64,000 nucleotides of DNA from Candidatus Paceibacter sp. (GTDB lineage Bacteria > Patescibacteriota > Minisyncoccia > UBA6257 > 02-FULL-45-10c), in assembly GCA_020724845.1 (NCBI GenBank), contig DYGE01000001.1:122664-186663 (forward strand), read 5' to 3'. The notes under the pieces are model-generated. The model was not told the origin of the DNA. It worked only from the letters and a program-made list of their open reading frames with translations, and made no database searches. How positions within the stretch are numbered: position 1 is the stretch's first letter; each line of letters opens with the position of its first letter. A program made the translations under genes and the position numbers. This document shows positions 1 to 8,920 of the stretch, piece by piece.

Positions 1-403
1 CTCGTTTGCCGGCATTTTTTTCCTCTTCGGTTTCGCCAATGCACAAGATTGGAACCAAGCCAGTGTCAGTAGCTGCTTTTAATTTTTTTGCCACTATTTC
101 ATCAGTTTCTCCAAGTTTGTGCCGCCGCTCTGAATGGCCGACAATCACATACTCAACGCATAGATTTTTTAGCTCTTGAGCGGATACCTCGCCGGTAAAA
201 GCTCCTCCGCCGGCTGGCGGATTCTCCCAGAACACATCCTGCGCTCCCAAGCGCGCCTTTTTCAGAACTTTCGCAACTTCCTCTATAAAAACAAAGGGCG
301 GGGCAATAACGATATTCTCCTGATCACTGGCCTTGGCTAAAGAAATGGCTTCTTCCAAAGTCGCCGGGTTCATTTTCCAATTAAAAACTAAAAGTTTTGA
401 CAT
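1..403 (-). CDS. tpiA: Triosephosphate isomerase, N-terminal part; the gene runs past the window start
   Basis: Hand translation of the reverse strand from the ATG at 403-401 gives MSKLLVFNWKMNPAT...IVGHSERRH...ILCIGETEEEK, the classic TIM signature (NWKMN, GHSERR). It is not in the ORF track because it is truncated by the window edge. Confidence 0.85.
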   Translation of the reverse strand, partial: MSKLLVFNWKMNPATLEEAISLAKASDQENIVIAPPFVFIEEVAKVLKKARLGAQDVFWENPPAGGGAFTGEVSAQELKNLCVEYVIVGHSERRHKLGETDEIVAKKLKAATDTGLVPILCIGETEEEKNAGKR

Positions 404-435
404 ACGCTTATTTTATCATAAAAAATCCCCGATGA

Positions 436-1038
436 TTATCGGGGGTGTTGAAGTATCCACTCTGGGAACATCTCAAACGTAAGCGGAGGATCTTGTAAAG
501 TCCGAAGCGGCCAGAATGAATCAAGCGCGTTATTGCTGTCCAGCACGACTACCTCGCGCTCCACATCTTCAAGATAAGGAGGCAATGGATCGCTGGTCAT
601 CGCCCGCTCATACGCCTGTAAATTCTCAAATCTTGCCGACACAATAACTCTACCGGAAGATCTGTTAAAGGAGAGCGCGATTTTCTTCTCATCAAGTTCT
701 CTTCTCTGCTCCGCGCTCACCGCGAAGGCGCCTCGCTTTTCGTACTTGTAATGAATTTCTACAATGCCTACGGTAGTTTTTCTCATCGCTTCCCGCGCAG
801 CAGCAAGGTCGGAAAAAACAAGCTCAATTTTTCTTCTCCTAACTCTTGCTCCGCCGCTTTTTAGCTTATCCACCATCGCATTCAACTCGTGTTCCGGATA
901 ATCCGCCTCATGTTTTTTGGAAATAATAAAATGGGGAATTCCCTGTACGTTATAGATATCAAGCGCTTTCCATTCTTTCCCTAAAAGCGACGTATCCAAA
1001 GTTTTCGGATCAACCGTGATGTGCAGGTCGTAGGCCAT
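436..1038 (-). CDS. Hypothetical protein of 200 aa, function unknown
   Basis: ORF-track ORF with no motif I can assign confidently. Confidence 0.35.
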   Translation of the reverse strand: MAYDLHITVDPKTLDTSLLGKEWKALDIYNVQGIPHFIISKKHEADYPEHELNAMVDKLKSGGARVRRRKIELVFSDLAAAREAMRKTTVGIVEIHYKYEKRGAFAVSAEQRRELDEKKIALSFNRSSGRVIVSARFENLQAYERAMTSDPLPPYLEDVEREVVVLDSNNALDSFWPLRTLQDPPLTFEMFPEWILQHPR

Positions 1039-1108
1039 TTGAGCCTAGTTGTAAAACGACGCTACGTTATAAATATCAGATCATCTCCTTGAAGTCAAAT
1101 AGAAATTT

Positions 1109-1600
1109 CTAAATAAGAAAATTCCCTACTCCAGTCGTAAGCGCAAGCACAATCACACCTGCGGTGAGCACTCCAAGCGAGATGAATGTCACCGCTTTGC
1201 CGAAGTCCACCCCGAACACGAACGCGGCGACGGACGCGCTCCAGGCGCCGGTAAGCGGAAGCGGAATCGCGGTAAAGAGAAAAAGCGCCAGCGAGCCCCA
1301 GACCTCAAACTTCCTAGTATGCTCCCGCCTGGTCTTTTCAAAAAGCCAAGTCAAAAACTGGTGCGCGTAATAGTTGTGATGCATTAAATATTCTGAAAAA
1401 AAGCGGAGGCCTAAAAGAACTGGCGCAATGGGGAGCAAATTTCCAAGCACGCTCAACGCATACGCTTTAAGCGGAGAAAACTGAAAGGCTCCAATCGCGA
1501 TTGGAATTGCTCCTCGAAGCTCCACAATCGGAGAAGCTGAAATTATAATTGTCCAAAGCTCATTCGTCATTGATAAGTCGATTATAATAATACCACTCAA
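1109..1600 (-). CDS. Small polytopic membrane protein, possibly COG2426 (small multidrug export-like)
   Basis: The 163 aa product is hydrophobic with several predicted TM segments and a Gly/Ala-rich helix pattern. Confidence 0.4.
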   Translation of the reverse strand: MSGIIIIDLSMTNELWTIIISASPIVELRGAIPIAIGAFQFSPLKAYALSVLGNLLPIAPVLLGLRFFSEYLMHHNYYAHQFLTWLFEKTRREHTRKFEVWGSLALFLFTAIPLPLTGAWSASVAAFVFGVDFGKAVTFISLGVLTAGVIVLALTTGVGNFLI

Positions 1601-3428
1601 TGACGTCTTTCCCCACCGGCACCGCGTTTAAGCTTCCTTCTTTCGCGTCCTCAATTAAAACCAGGATCGCTATTTCCGGATTCTCCGCCGGCGCGTACCC
1701 CACAAAGAAAGCGTTTGTTTTGGTATTGTTGGCAATTTGGGCGCTTCCGGTTTTAGCCGCGGAAGTTACCGGCAGATTAGCGAGTAAATGCGCCGTGCCG
1801 TAATATTCAGAAACCGCGTCTTTCATGCCCTCCTGCACCTCTTTTATAGCATCTCCCAAATAAGAAAAATTCATGCTTATTTCCGGCTCCCGTTCTTTTA
1901 CTAAGTTCCCCTCGCCATCTACTACGCCTTTAACCAAATGAGGAGTATAGAGCATTCCGCCGTTCGCAATTACAGTGATGTAATTTAAAAGCTGAATCGG
2001 AGTCACCAGCAAATCGCCCTGGCCAATGGATACATTGTATGTGTCGCCGAGGCGCCAGATATCATTTTTGACTTCTTCTTTGATTTCCGGATCCGGCAAA
2101 AAACCAGCCTGTTCGCCGTCTAAATCTATCCCGGTTTTAGAGCCAAAACCAAATTCCTTCCAATACTCTTTCAATTTGTCTATGCCTAAACCGGAAACTT
2201 CCTCGAAACCTCCTCCAACGGCATAGAAATAAACGTTGCTGGATCTCGCTAACGCGGAACGAAGATCCACCCAGCCGTGCGGCTTCCAGTCTAAAAATCT
2301 GCTCGGCTGGTCCGGAAAATATGGATTAGGTATCTCAATGTATCCTTTGGAATATATCTCCTTTTTACTATCGATGAGATTCTCCGAAAGCGCGGCCAAA
2401 GCCACCAATGGCTTTATAGTGGATCCGGGAGCATAAGCTCCGGAAATTGCCCGATTAAAAAGAGGATTAGAAAATGAATTAAGCAGATTCGCCCTGTCGC
2501 TGGAACGATCGGCTTCGGTAAAAGCATTGCTATCAAACGCCGGCAATGAAACCAGCGCCAAAACTTCGCCATTCCTAGGGTCCAGCGCTATCCCAACCGC
2601 CGCAGTCCTCTCCAGCCGCCAGAGGGCCTGCTGCAAGCTGTCATAAAAATATTCTTGCAGGCCGCTATCAATTGTCGTTTGAATATGCTCACCGTTTTCC
2701 GGAGCTTCAAGCAATTTCTCGTCCAAAATATCCAAACGGGCGTTTCTGTAAACCAAACGAACGCCATCACTGCCGGCCAGCACGGAATCATAATATCTTT
2801 CCAGACCGGCTTTGCCGCTTACGTCATTAAACTTCGCAAGCCCGGTATACCCAAGAACATGTGAAAATGCCGGTCCGTTAAGATAGTGCCGCCGATAGTC
2901 ATCGTGCACTTCCAAGACAGAGTCATTAAGATCTTCCACTGCCTCAACTTGGTCGGGAGATATATTTCTGGCCAAGGTGATAAGAGCGCTCTTTTCCAGA
3001 TTGGCTTTCTCCACTAACTCTCTCAATTCCGCTTGCTCAACTTTTAATATAACGCTAACTTCCGCTAAAAGAGCGTCCAGATTAACTGAATTCCTTTTTG
3101 CCAAACCGGAATTCAGCACTAATCTGTAAGCGGATTCATTCTCAACTAATTGCTTTCCGTGGCGATCATAAATAATTCCTCTGACTGCCGGTATGGTAAT
3201 TGGCTGTTCAACGTTCATCGCCGACCTCGCTTCATAAAAATCGCCTTTTAGATAAGTGATATGGGCAATTCTGGCAAACACCGCGGCGCCGGCTAATATC
3301 GCGAAAAAGACCAAAAGGAAAAAAGTTTTCCTGGAAAGCGGAAGCTCCAAAGTTTCCAGGCCATTGCCTCTTTCCTCAAGAATGGCGTGCTCCAGATCAA
3401 ATTCTTCCTTTGGCTTGTGCATGACCAA
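1560..3428 (-). CDS. mrdA: Penicillin-binding protein 2 (peptidoglycan D,D-transpeptidase)
   Basis: N-terminal TM anchor, then the transpeptidase motifs STIKP (SxxK), SSN and KTGSA (KTG) at typical spacing. It is co-located with mreB. Confidence 0.85.
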   Translation of the reverse strand: MVMHKPKEEFDLEHAILEERGNGLETLELPLSRKTFFLLVFFAILAGAAVFARIAHITYLKGDFYEARSAMNVEQPITIPAVRGIIYDRHGKQLVENESAYRLVLNSGLAKRNSVNLDALLAEVSVILKVEQAELRELVEKANLEKSALITLARNISPDQVEAVEDLNDSVLEVHDDYRRHYLNGPAFSHVLGYTGLAKFNDVSGKAGLERYYDSVLAGSDGVRLVYRNARLDILDEKLLEAPENGEHIQTTIDSGLQEYFYDSLQQALWRLERTAAVGIALDPRNGEVLALVSLPAFDSNAFTEADRSSDRANLLNSFSNPLFNRAISGAYAPGSTIKPLVALAALSENLIDSKKEIYSKGYIEIPNPYFPDQPSRFLDWKPHGWVDLRSALARSSNVYFYAVGGGFEEVSGLGIDKLKEYWKEFGFGSKTGIDLDGEQAGFLPDPEIKEEVKNDIWRLGDTYNVSIGQGDLLVTPIQLLNYITVIANGGMLYTPHLVKGVVDGEGNLVKEREPEISMNFSYLGDAIKEVQEGMKDAVSEYYGTAHLLANLPVTSAAKTGSAQIANNTKTNAFFVGYAPAENPEIAILVLIEDAKEGSLNAVPVGKDVIEWYYYNRLINDE

Positions 3429-3468
3429 ATTTTAATATAAAAAAAGCCCTATTGAAAGAGGAGGTTGT

Positions 3469-3798
3469 AAAACCAAGAAGATGTCCTTTCTTTAGACCGC
3501 CTCCATCTGCTAAACATAACCAGAAAGTATCCTCTGTGCGGCAACTGACGGAATCCTGATTTGCTCGGTTCGTCCGCCAGCTGGCGGACGAAAATCAGGG
3601 TGAGACGTAGGCGGAGTTATCACCCCGTGTTGGAAGGCAGGCCGCTATGCTATAGCATAGCGGTCGTCGGAAACCTGGAGGTGTCCGAGACGGGGGTCGG
3701 GGTGAGAATCTGGGACGGTAAGAGGATACTTTCTGGTTATGACACTTTGTCCCCACCGCGCAGCCCGAGTCTAAAGAAAGGACATCTTCTTGGTTTTG
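3469..3798. repeat. Nested-palindrome element, copy 1
   Basis: A perfect outer inverted repeat of about 27 bp (accaagaagatgtcctttctttagac / gtctaaagaaaggacatcttcttggt) encloses conserved flanks. Inside those is a 20 bp inverted repeat cataaccagaaagtatcctc / gaggatactttctggttatg. The core shared with the copy at 60220-60462 is ctgtgcggcaactgacggaatcctgattt...aaaatcagg.tgagacgtaggcgg. The element lies between the mreB stop (3810) and the mrdA start (3428). Confidence 0.6.
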
Positions 3799-3809
3799 GT
3801 AAAATCAGT

Positions 3810-4856
3810 TTAAATCTTTATGTCTTTAGGCCGCATCGGATTATTTACCACCTGATAGTACTTATCAAATTGCTCTACCGCTATTCCAGCGCCCCTCACA
3901 ACCGCGGTCAATGGATCATCAATCACTTTCACAGGAACCATAAATTCCTTTTCAAATAATTTGTCTAAACCCTTCAATAAGCTTCCGCCGCCGCAGAGCT
4001 GAACTCCATTCTTCAGAATATCGCCTACCAATTCCGGCGGCGTGGCTTCAATAACCTGCCTGATAGATTCAACCATTTCTTTCAGTGAACGGCTCATAGC
4101 CGCGCGGACATGGCTATCTTTAAGCACAACCTCTTTAGGCAAGCCGGTCGCCATATCTCTTCCCCGAATAGCCAATTCCAATTTTTGATCGATCGGCATA
4201 GCCGTTCCAATTACCATTTTCAATTCTTCAGCAGTCGGTTCGCCAATCGCGAGCTTATACTCTTCCCGCACAAATCGAATTATATCGTTATTTAGGCGGT
4301 CGCCGGCAATCTTTAAGCTTTCAGATGTGACAATGCCGCCCATTGAAATAACGGCTATTTCAGTCGTGCCTCCGCCGATATCCACTATCGCGCTGGCAGT
4401 CGGCTCATCAATCGGAAGGCGGGCTCCGATAGCGGCCGCCAGCGGCTCTTCCACCACATAGGCCTTATTAGCCCCGGCCCCAATCACCGCGTCCTCTACT
4501 GACTTTCTTTCCACTTCGGTCAGGTTGCTTGGCACTCCGATAACTGCCCGATTATAAGTCAAAAAGCTATTAGAAGCTCCAATTTTCCTAAAGAAATGCT
4601 TCAGCATCTCTTGCGTCATTTCAAAATCAGAAATAACGCCATTTATAAGAGGGCGGATGATATTAATATGCGCCGGGGTCCTGCCAACCATTTTCTTAGC
4701 CTCATCCCCGACTGCCAGAATCTGTCCGGTTTTGCTGTTCACAGCCGCGACTGATGGTTCATTAATAACTATTCCGCGCCCCGCGACGTAAACCAAAGAA
4801 TTCGCCGTGCCTAAATCAACTCCTATACCTTTTGAAAAATAATTAAAAAATTTCAT
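3810..4856 (-). CDS. mreB: Rod shape-determining actin homolog MreB
   Basis: N-terminal phosphate-1 motif GIGVDLGTANSLVYV and overall MreB architecture. I chose the start at the second Met (MKFFNYF...) to avoid overlap with the upstream ORF. Confidence 0.85.
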   Translation of the reverse strand: MKFFNYFSKGIGVDLGTANSLVYVAGRGIVINEPSVAAVNSKTGQILAVGDEAKKMVGRTPAHINIIRPLINGVISDFEMTQEMLKHFFRKIGASNSFLTYNRAVIGVPSNLTEVERKSVEDAVIGAGANKAYVVEEPLAAAIGARLPIDEPTASAIVDIGGGTTEIAVISMGGIVTSESLKIAGDRLNNDIIRFVREEYKLAIGEPTAEELKMVIGTAMPIDQKLELAIRGRDMATGLPKEVVLKDSHVRAAMSRSLKEMVESIRQVIEATPPELVGDILKNGVQLCGGGSLLKGLDKLFEKEFMVPVKVIDDPLTAVVRGAGIAVEQFDKYYQVVNNPMRPKDIKI

Positions 4857-4863
4857 ATAAAAT

Positions 4864-5385
4864 TTATTCGCCTTGTGAATAATCCTCGTATTCTTGCTGT
4901 AAACTCTTTTCAATTTCTTCTGGAGTTTCTTCTTCGGCAGTCATTATACCCCGGCTCTTCTTGGATTGGAACCTTTCGAAAACCCTTAAAGCTTCTTCCA
5001 AGGCCTCTTTGTAGTCTTCCGGAGATCGCTTTTTCTTTAAATCCTCAAGGGCATCTTCAAGGGCGGATTTGAATTCTTCCTGGGATTGATTTTCTAGAGC
5101 TTTAGCAAGGCGGTCTTGTGATTTCAATCTCTCGCCTAGCAAGTATTCTCTCTCAAATTCTCTAACAATCTCCTCGGCAGTTCGCTGCTTGGGTTCTAAT
5201 GACCCTCCCCACTCCTGTCTTTTATTAACTTCTTCAGCGTATTTCGATAAGTCCTCCGTAGAAACTATCCTTGATTCTTCTTTCCCTACCCGTCTTCCAT
5301 GCTTTCGCTTTAGCTCTCCAAGTTTCTCTTCCGCTAATTTTTCAAATTCTTCCAATATTGCCGGCCTTTTTTCAGGATTTTCCAT
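4864..5385 (-). CDS. Hypothetical acidic, charged coiled-coil protein
   Basis: The 173 aa product is E/K-rich with no recognisable catalytic motif. Confidence 0.35.
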   Translation of the reverse strand: MENPEKRPAILEEFEKLAEEKLGELKRKHGRRVGKEESRIVSTEDLSKYAEEVNKRQEWGGSLEPKQRTAEEIVREFEREYLLGERLKSQDRLAKALENQSQEEFKSALEDALEDLKKKRSPEDYKEALEEALRVFERFQSKKSRGIMTAEEETPEEIEKSLQQEYEDYSQGE

Positions 5386-5399
5386 GATAAACAGTCGCG

Positions 5400-6668
5400 T
5401 TATTTTTTTAAGTTTACATTATTAGCTACCGCTCTAAAAAATTCTTCCTCATTAACCAGTTGCGACTCGCCTTCTGATCGGCGCTTGAGTTCCACTTTCT
5501 TGGCTGCCAGCGTTTTCTCACTGACCACCACACGCCATGGAATTCCCAATAAATCCGAGTCATTAAGCTTCTCTCCGGCTGATGCCTTTCTTTCGTCATA
5601 TAATACCTCGAATTCCCCAAAATGTCTAACCAGACTCTCATATACCTTGCTCGCCGCTTCGGTTACTTCTCCAGAATCTCCAAGGGATACAAGATGGACT
5701 TTAAAAGGTGCGACGCTCTCGGGCCATAATATGCCTTTTTCATCATTATGCACTTCTACAATGGTGGCCATTAATCTGCTTACGCCTATGCCGTACGCCC
5801 CCATGATGACCGGATGCTTTTCTCCTTTCTCATCAGTAAAATAAAGGCCTAAACTTTCAGAGTATTTTGTGCCTTGATTAAAAATATTGCCGACTTCAAT
5901 AGATTTTTTCATAGCTATCGCCCCGGAGCACTTGGGGCAAGCGTCTCCTCCCTTGAGCTTTGATATTTCTTCGTTCTCCGCGTACCCGCATTCTTCGCAT
6001 AGAAAGATTGTATCCTCTCCCACATCTGAAAGAACTTGGAATTCATGGGTAAATTTATCAGTAAATACTCCTCCGCCGGCGAGAGTATAAAACGATTTCA
6101 AACCGCATCTTTCGAACACTTTAAAATATGCCTCTTTTGCCCTTTCGTAATATGACTCCAGATCGCTTTCGGTCGCGTGAAAACTATAGAGATCTTTCAT
6201 CATAAATTCTCTCCCCCGCAGAAGGCCTGATTTTGCCCGAGCCTCATTTCTGAACTTAGTTTGGATCTGATACGCGGCAAAAGGAAGATCTTTGTAGGAA
6301 TGCACATGCTTGGAAGCAATAGCGGTTAGAACTTCTTCGTGCGACCAGCCCAGCACAAAATGCGGCTCTTTATCTCTCAAGCCCTTTGCGAAAAATCCGA
6401 CATCCAGATTCCATCGGCTGGTCGGCTCCATGTATTTCTTTTCTATCAATGCCGGCATAAACATTTCCTGGCCGCCAATCGCGTTCATTTCTTCTCTTAT
6501 GATATCCATCACTTTCTGAGCGACTTTCCACCCAAGAGGCAGGAATGAATATATGCCCGCGGAATTTTTGAACACAAATCCCCCCTTTATTAAAAGCTGG
6601 GCGTTTCTAGCCTCTTCCCCTTCTGGAGAGTTTTTAGTAGTTTTTGAGAATAGTTTAGATTGCAGCAT
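5400..6668 (-). CDS. proS: Prolyl-tRNA synthetase, short form without the editing insertion
   Basis: Class II motif 2, FRNEARAKSGLLRGREFMMKDLYSF, and an N-terminus that matches bacterial ProRS. At 422 aa it is far shorter than the roughly 570 aa bacterial type. Confidence 0.8.
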   Translation of the reverse strand: MLQSKLFSKTTKNSPEGEEARNAQLLIKGGFVFKNSAGIYSFLPLGWKVAQKVMDIIREEMNAIGGQEMFMPALIEKKYMEPTSRWNLDVGFFAKGLRDKEPHFVLGWSHEEVLTAIASKHVHSYKDLPFAAYQIQTKFRNEARAKSGLLRGREFMMKDLYSFHATESDLESYYERAKEAYFKVFERCGLKSFYTLAGGGVFTDKFTHEFQVLSDVGEDTIFLCEECGYAENEEISKLKGGDACPKCSGAIAMKKSIEVGNIFNQGTKYSESLGLYFTDEKGEKHPVIMGAYGIGVSRLMATIVEVHNDEKGILWPESVAPFKVHLVSLGDSGEVTEAASKVYESLVRHFGEFEVLYDERKASAGEKLNDSDLLGIPWRVVVSEKTLAAKKVELKRRSEGESQLVNEEEFFRAVANNVNLKK

Positions 6669-6680
6669 AGAGTAATATTA

Positions 6681-7724
6681 TCACAGTAATGTTAATATAT
6701 CCTTCACAGTTATCGCAAGAATCAATAGCAGCAGAAAAGCGAATCCCAAACCATTAGCTACCATTTCAGTTCTAACATCCAGCGGCCTGCCTTTAACTTT
6801 TTCGATCAGCAAGAACAGCAGCCGGCCTCCGTCTAAAGCGGGTATTGGAATAACGTTAAATACCGCCAAATTAAGGGAAATAATGGCAAGGAGCTGAATG
6901 AAATGCGCAACTCCAAGTTTGGTAGTTTGAACAGCCACATTCACAATCCCGACCGGCCCGACAAAACGCTCCAAAACGCTGAAATCAGTAAATAATCCGA
7001 TAACAAGATCGGCTAGGCCGGCGAAAATCAATCCAAGCATCCTGACAGAAGTTAAGAATCCTTGCCAGATGCTTTCCAGAAGCCCAAGCTTCGGCAATCC
7101 GGATTCAACTATAAAAATTCCTAAGTTTCCCTCGCCTTCAGGCACATCCACGCGCGGCGTAACCGTAATTTTAAGATCTTCAGTTTCCCGCCTGACATTT
7201 AACATAACTTCATTGCCTTTATTAGCATCAACAAATTCAAGCAAAGCCGGAACGGTCTGAAAATCAACCAACTGGTCGCCGGATTGGATCCCCGCGGATT
7301 CCGCTATGCTATCCTCGGCAACAGCGGTAATCAATACTGATTGCGGAATCCCAATCATAAAGACTGCCGATATCAGCAACCAGCCAAGCGCGAAATTCAT
7401 CAGCACGCCTGCGGCAATTATTACTGCCCGTTTTAAAATGCCTTGATGGCTAAAACTGCGCGATGAATCCACGCCCGCGGATTCATCTCCGCCGGCTGGC
7501 GGACGCTCGCCGTAAATCTTTACGAATCCGCCGAAAGGAAGCCAATTGATGCTATATAAAGTTTCCCCGATTTTTTTCCCAAAAATTCTTGGCGGCAGTC
7601 CGAAGCCGAACTCTTCCACTAGCAAACCGCCCCACTTGGCAGCAAAAAAATGCCCCGCCTCATGGATGATTATCAGAGCCGAAAGGCCAAAGAATATTAA
7701 GATGACTGACAAGATCTCCAGCAT
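6681..7724 (-). CDS. rseP: RIP zinc metalloprotease RseP (site-2 protease) with a PDZ domain
   Basis: HEAGHFF (HExxH) sits in TM1, followed by a PDZ-like segment and a C-terminal LDGG motif. Confidence 0.8.
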   Translation of the reverse strand: MLEILSVILIFFGLSALIIIHEAGHFFAAKWGGLLVEEFGFGLPPRIFGKKIGETLYSINWLPFGGFVKIYGERPPAGGDESAGVDSSRSFSHQGILKRAVIIAAGVLMNFALGWLLISAVFMIGIPQSVLITAVAEDSIAESAGIQSGDQLVDFQTVPALLEFVDANKGNEVMLNVRRETEDLKITVTPRVDVPEGEGNLGIFIVESGLPKLGLLESIWQGFLTSVRMLGLIFAGLADLVIGLFTDFSVLERFVGPVGIVNVAVQTTKLGVAHFIQLLAIISLNLAVFNVIPIPALDGGRLLFLLIEKVKGRPLDVRTEMVANGLGFAFLLLLILAITVKDILTLL

Positions 7725-7819
7725 TACTTCTAATAATACTATTTTTTGCGTGAAAAATCCCTACGGCCCTCCTATTGCTAAAATGGTAAAAATCTGCTAA
7801 TATATCCAAATCAAGAAAC

Positions 7820-8233
7820 TTGAAAGCGGAGAGTAGGATGGCCGAATCCAGCAACCAGCCTCCAAACTGGCTTTCCGGGCTTCCGGTGATAGGCAAAAAT
7901 ATCTACGCGTATCTTAAATACGACAAGAAAGGCGAAGAGCGTCTTGCCAAAATTCCCGTCGGGAGAATAACCTGCGACAGAAGAATGATCCACCTTGGCT
8001 ATATCGGACCAAGTAGGGTCCTAGGCGACCACCCGGTAATCACCGCAACTATCCCGATGGAATTGGATGAAGTCCTGTTCATTTTTTACAAAGATCTAAA
8101 CGGCGTTGATCAAGTATTGAAGAGCCCGGCCGTTATCTCAACAACTACTATTACTGTTCCGGACGGCAAGCTAATTTTAGCCCAATATCTTGATGGCGAA
8201 GAAAAGAAAATTGCCCAGATTCACTACCCTTAA
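7820..8233 (+). CDS. Hypothetical protein
   Basis: A 137 aa ORF, one of the few on the plus strand; no motif recognised. Confidence 0.3.
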   Translation: MKAESRMAESSNQPPNWLSGLPVIGKNIYAYLKYDKKGEERLAKIPVGRITCDRRMIHLGYIGPSRVLGDHPVITATIPMELDEVLFIFYKDLNGVDQVLKSPAVISTTTITVPDGKLILAQYLDGEEKKIAQIHYP

Positions 8234-8261
8234 ATTTCAAAATGCCCTTTCGGGCATTTTT

Positions 8262-8807
8262 CTATTCCATAATCTCTCTAAGCTTGTTCTCTAACAAAGA
8301 TTCAATTTCTTTATTAGTTTTATCAACTGACTCCTGAATTTTTTCTTTTTCTTTGAAAGCCGCGTCTTCCGAGAGTTTGCCTCCCTCTTCCTGTTTCTTT
8401 ACTTCTTTGTTGGCTTCTTCCCTGGCGCCCCGCACGCGGATTCTTGCCTCTTCGGTCATCTTTCTCAAAACTTTTTCAAATTCTCTTTTTCGCTCGTCTG
8501 TAAGCGGGGGAAGATTTATCCTGATCATATTACCTTCAACGTTAGCCGCCACATTCAAAGACGAGGACTCAATCCCTTTTGCTACCGCGCTCACCGCCCC
8601 CTGATCCCAAACGCTGATTTGAATTTCTTTCGGCGGAATGACCGATATAGAGCCAAGCGCTTTTACCGGCATCTGCTGGCCGTAATAATCAACTTTAATA
8701 TCTTCCACCATCCGAGGAGAAGGCCGGCCGCCGCGAATCGTCTGAAATTCGCTCTTTAACGATTCGGCTACTGACTTTAGTTTTCCTTCAAATTGCTTTA
8801 TATCCAT
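8262..8807 (-). CDS. frr: Ribosome recycling factor
   Basis: Full-length similarity to RRF, including ...IRINLPPLTDERKREFEKVLRKMTEEARIRVRGAREE... Confidence 0.9.
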   Translation of the reverse strand: MDIKQFEGKLKSVAESLKSEFQTIRGGRPSPRMVEDIKVDYYGQQMPVKALGSISVIPPKEIQISVWDQGAVSAVAKGIESSSLNVAANVEGNMIRINLPPLTDERKREFEKVLRKMTEEARIRVRGAREEANKEVKKQEEGGKLSEDAAFKEKEKIQESVDKTNKEIESLLENKLREIME

Positions 8808-8920
8808 ATATTGTAGACCATTAGCCGTTAGTTAATTTAAACCCTGCAAACCAAGGGAAGAAAATAGACCAAAATACCGGCTAGGATCAATAAAATTATT
8901 AGAAAAAATGCTTTGTCCAT

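Noticed and set aside
3469-3798. Interpreting the nested-palindrome element as 6S RNA, a hammerhead or twister ribozyme, or a group I/II intron
   Set aside because: 6S RNA is an unbranched duplex with a central bubble, whereas this element is multi-branched. The CUGAUGA...GAAA hammerhead core is not present (only ctgattt and caggatgag). It is far too short for an intron and has no domain V-like sequence.
3561-3959. A 132 aa plus-strand ORF spanning nested-palindrome element copy 1
   Set aside because: It reads through palindromic repeat sequence and the mreB 3' end, and its product is Arg-rich low-complexity. It is an artefact of the repeat rather than a gene.
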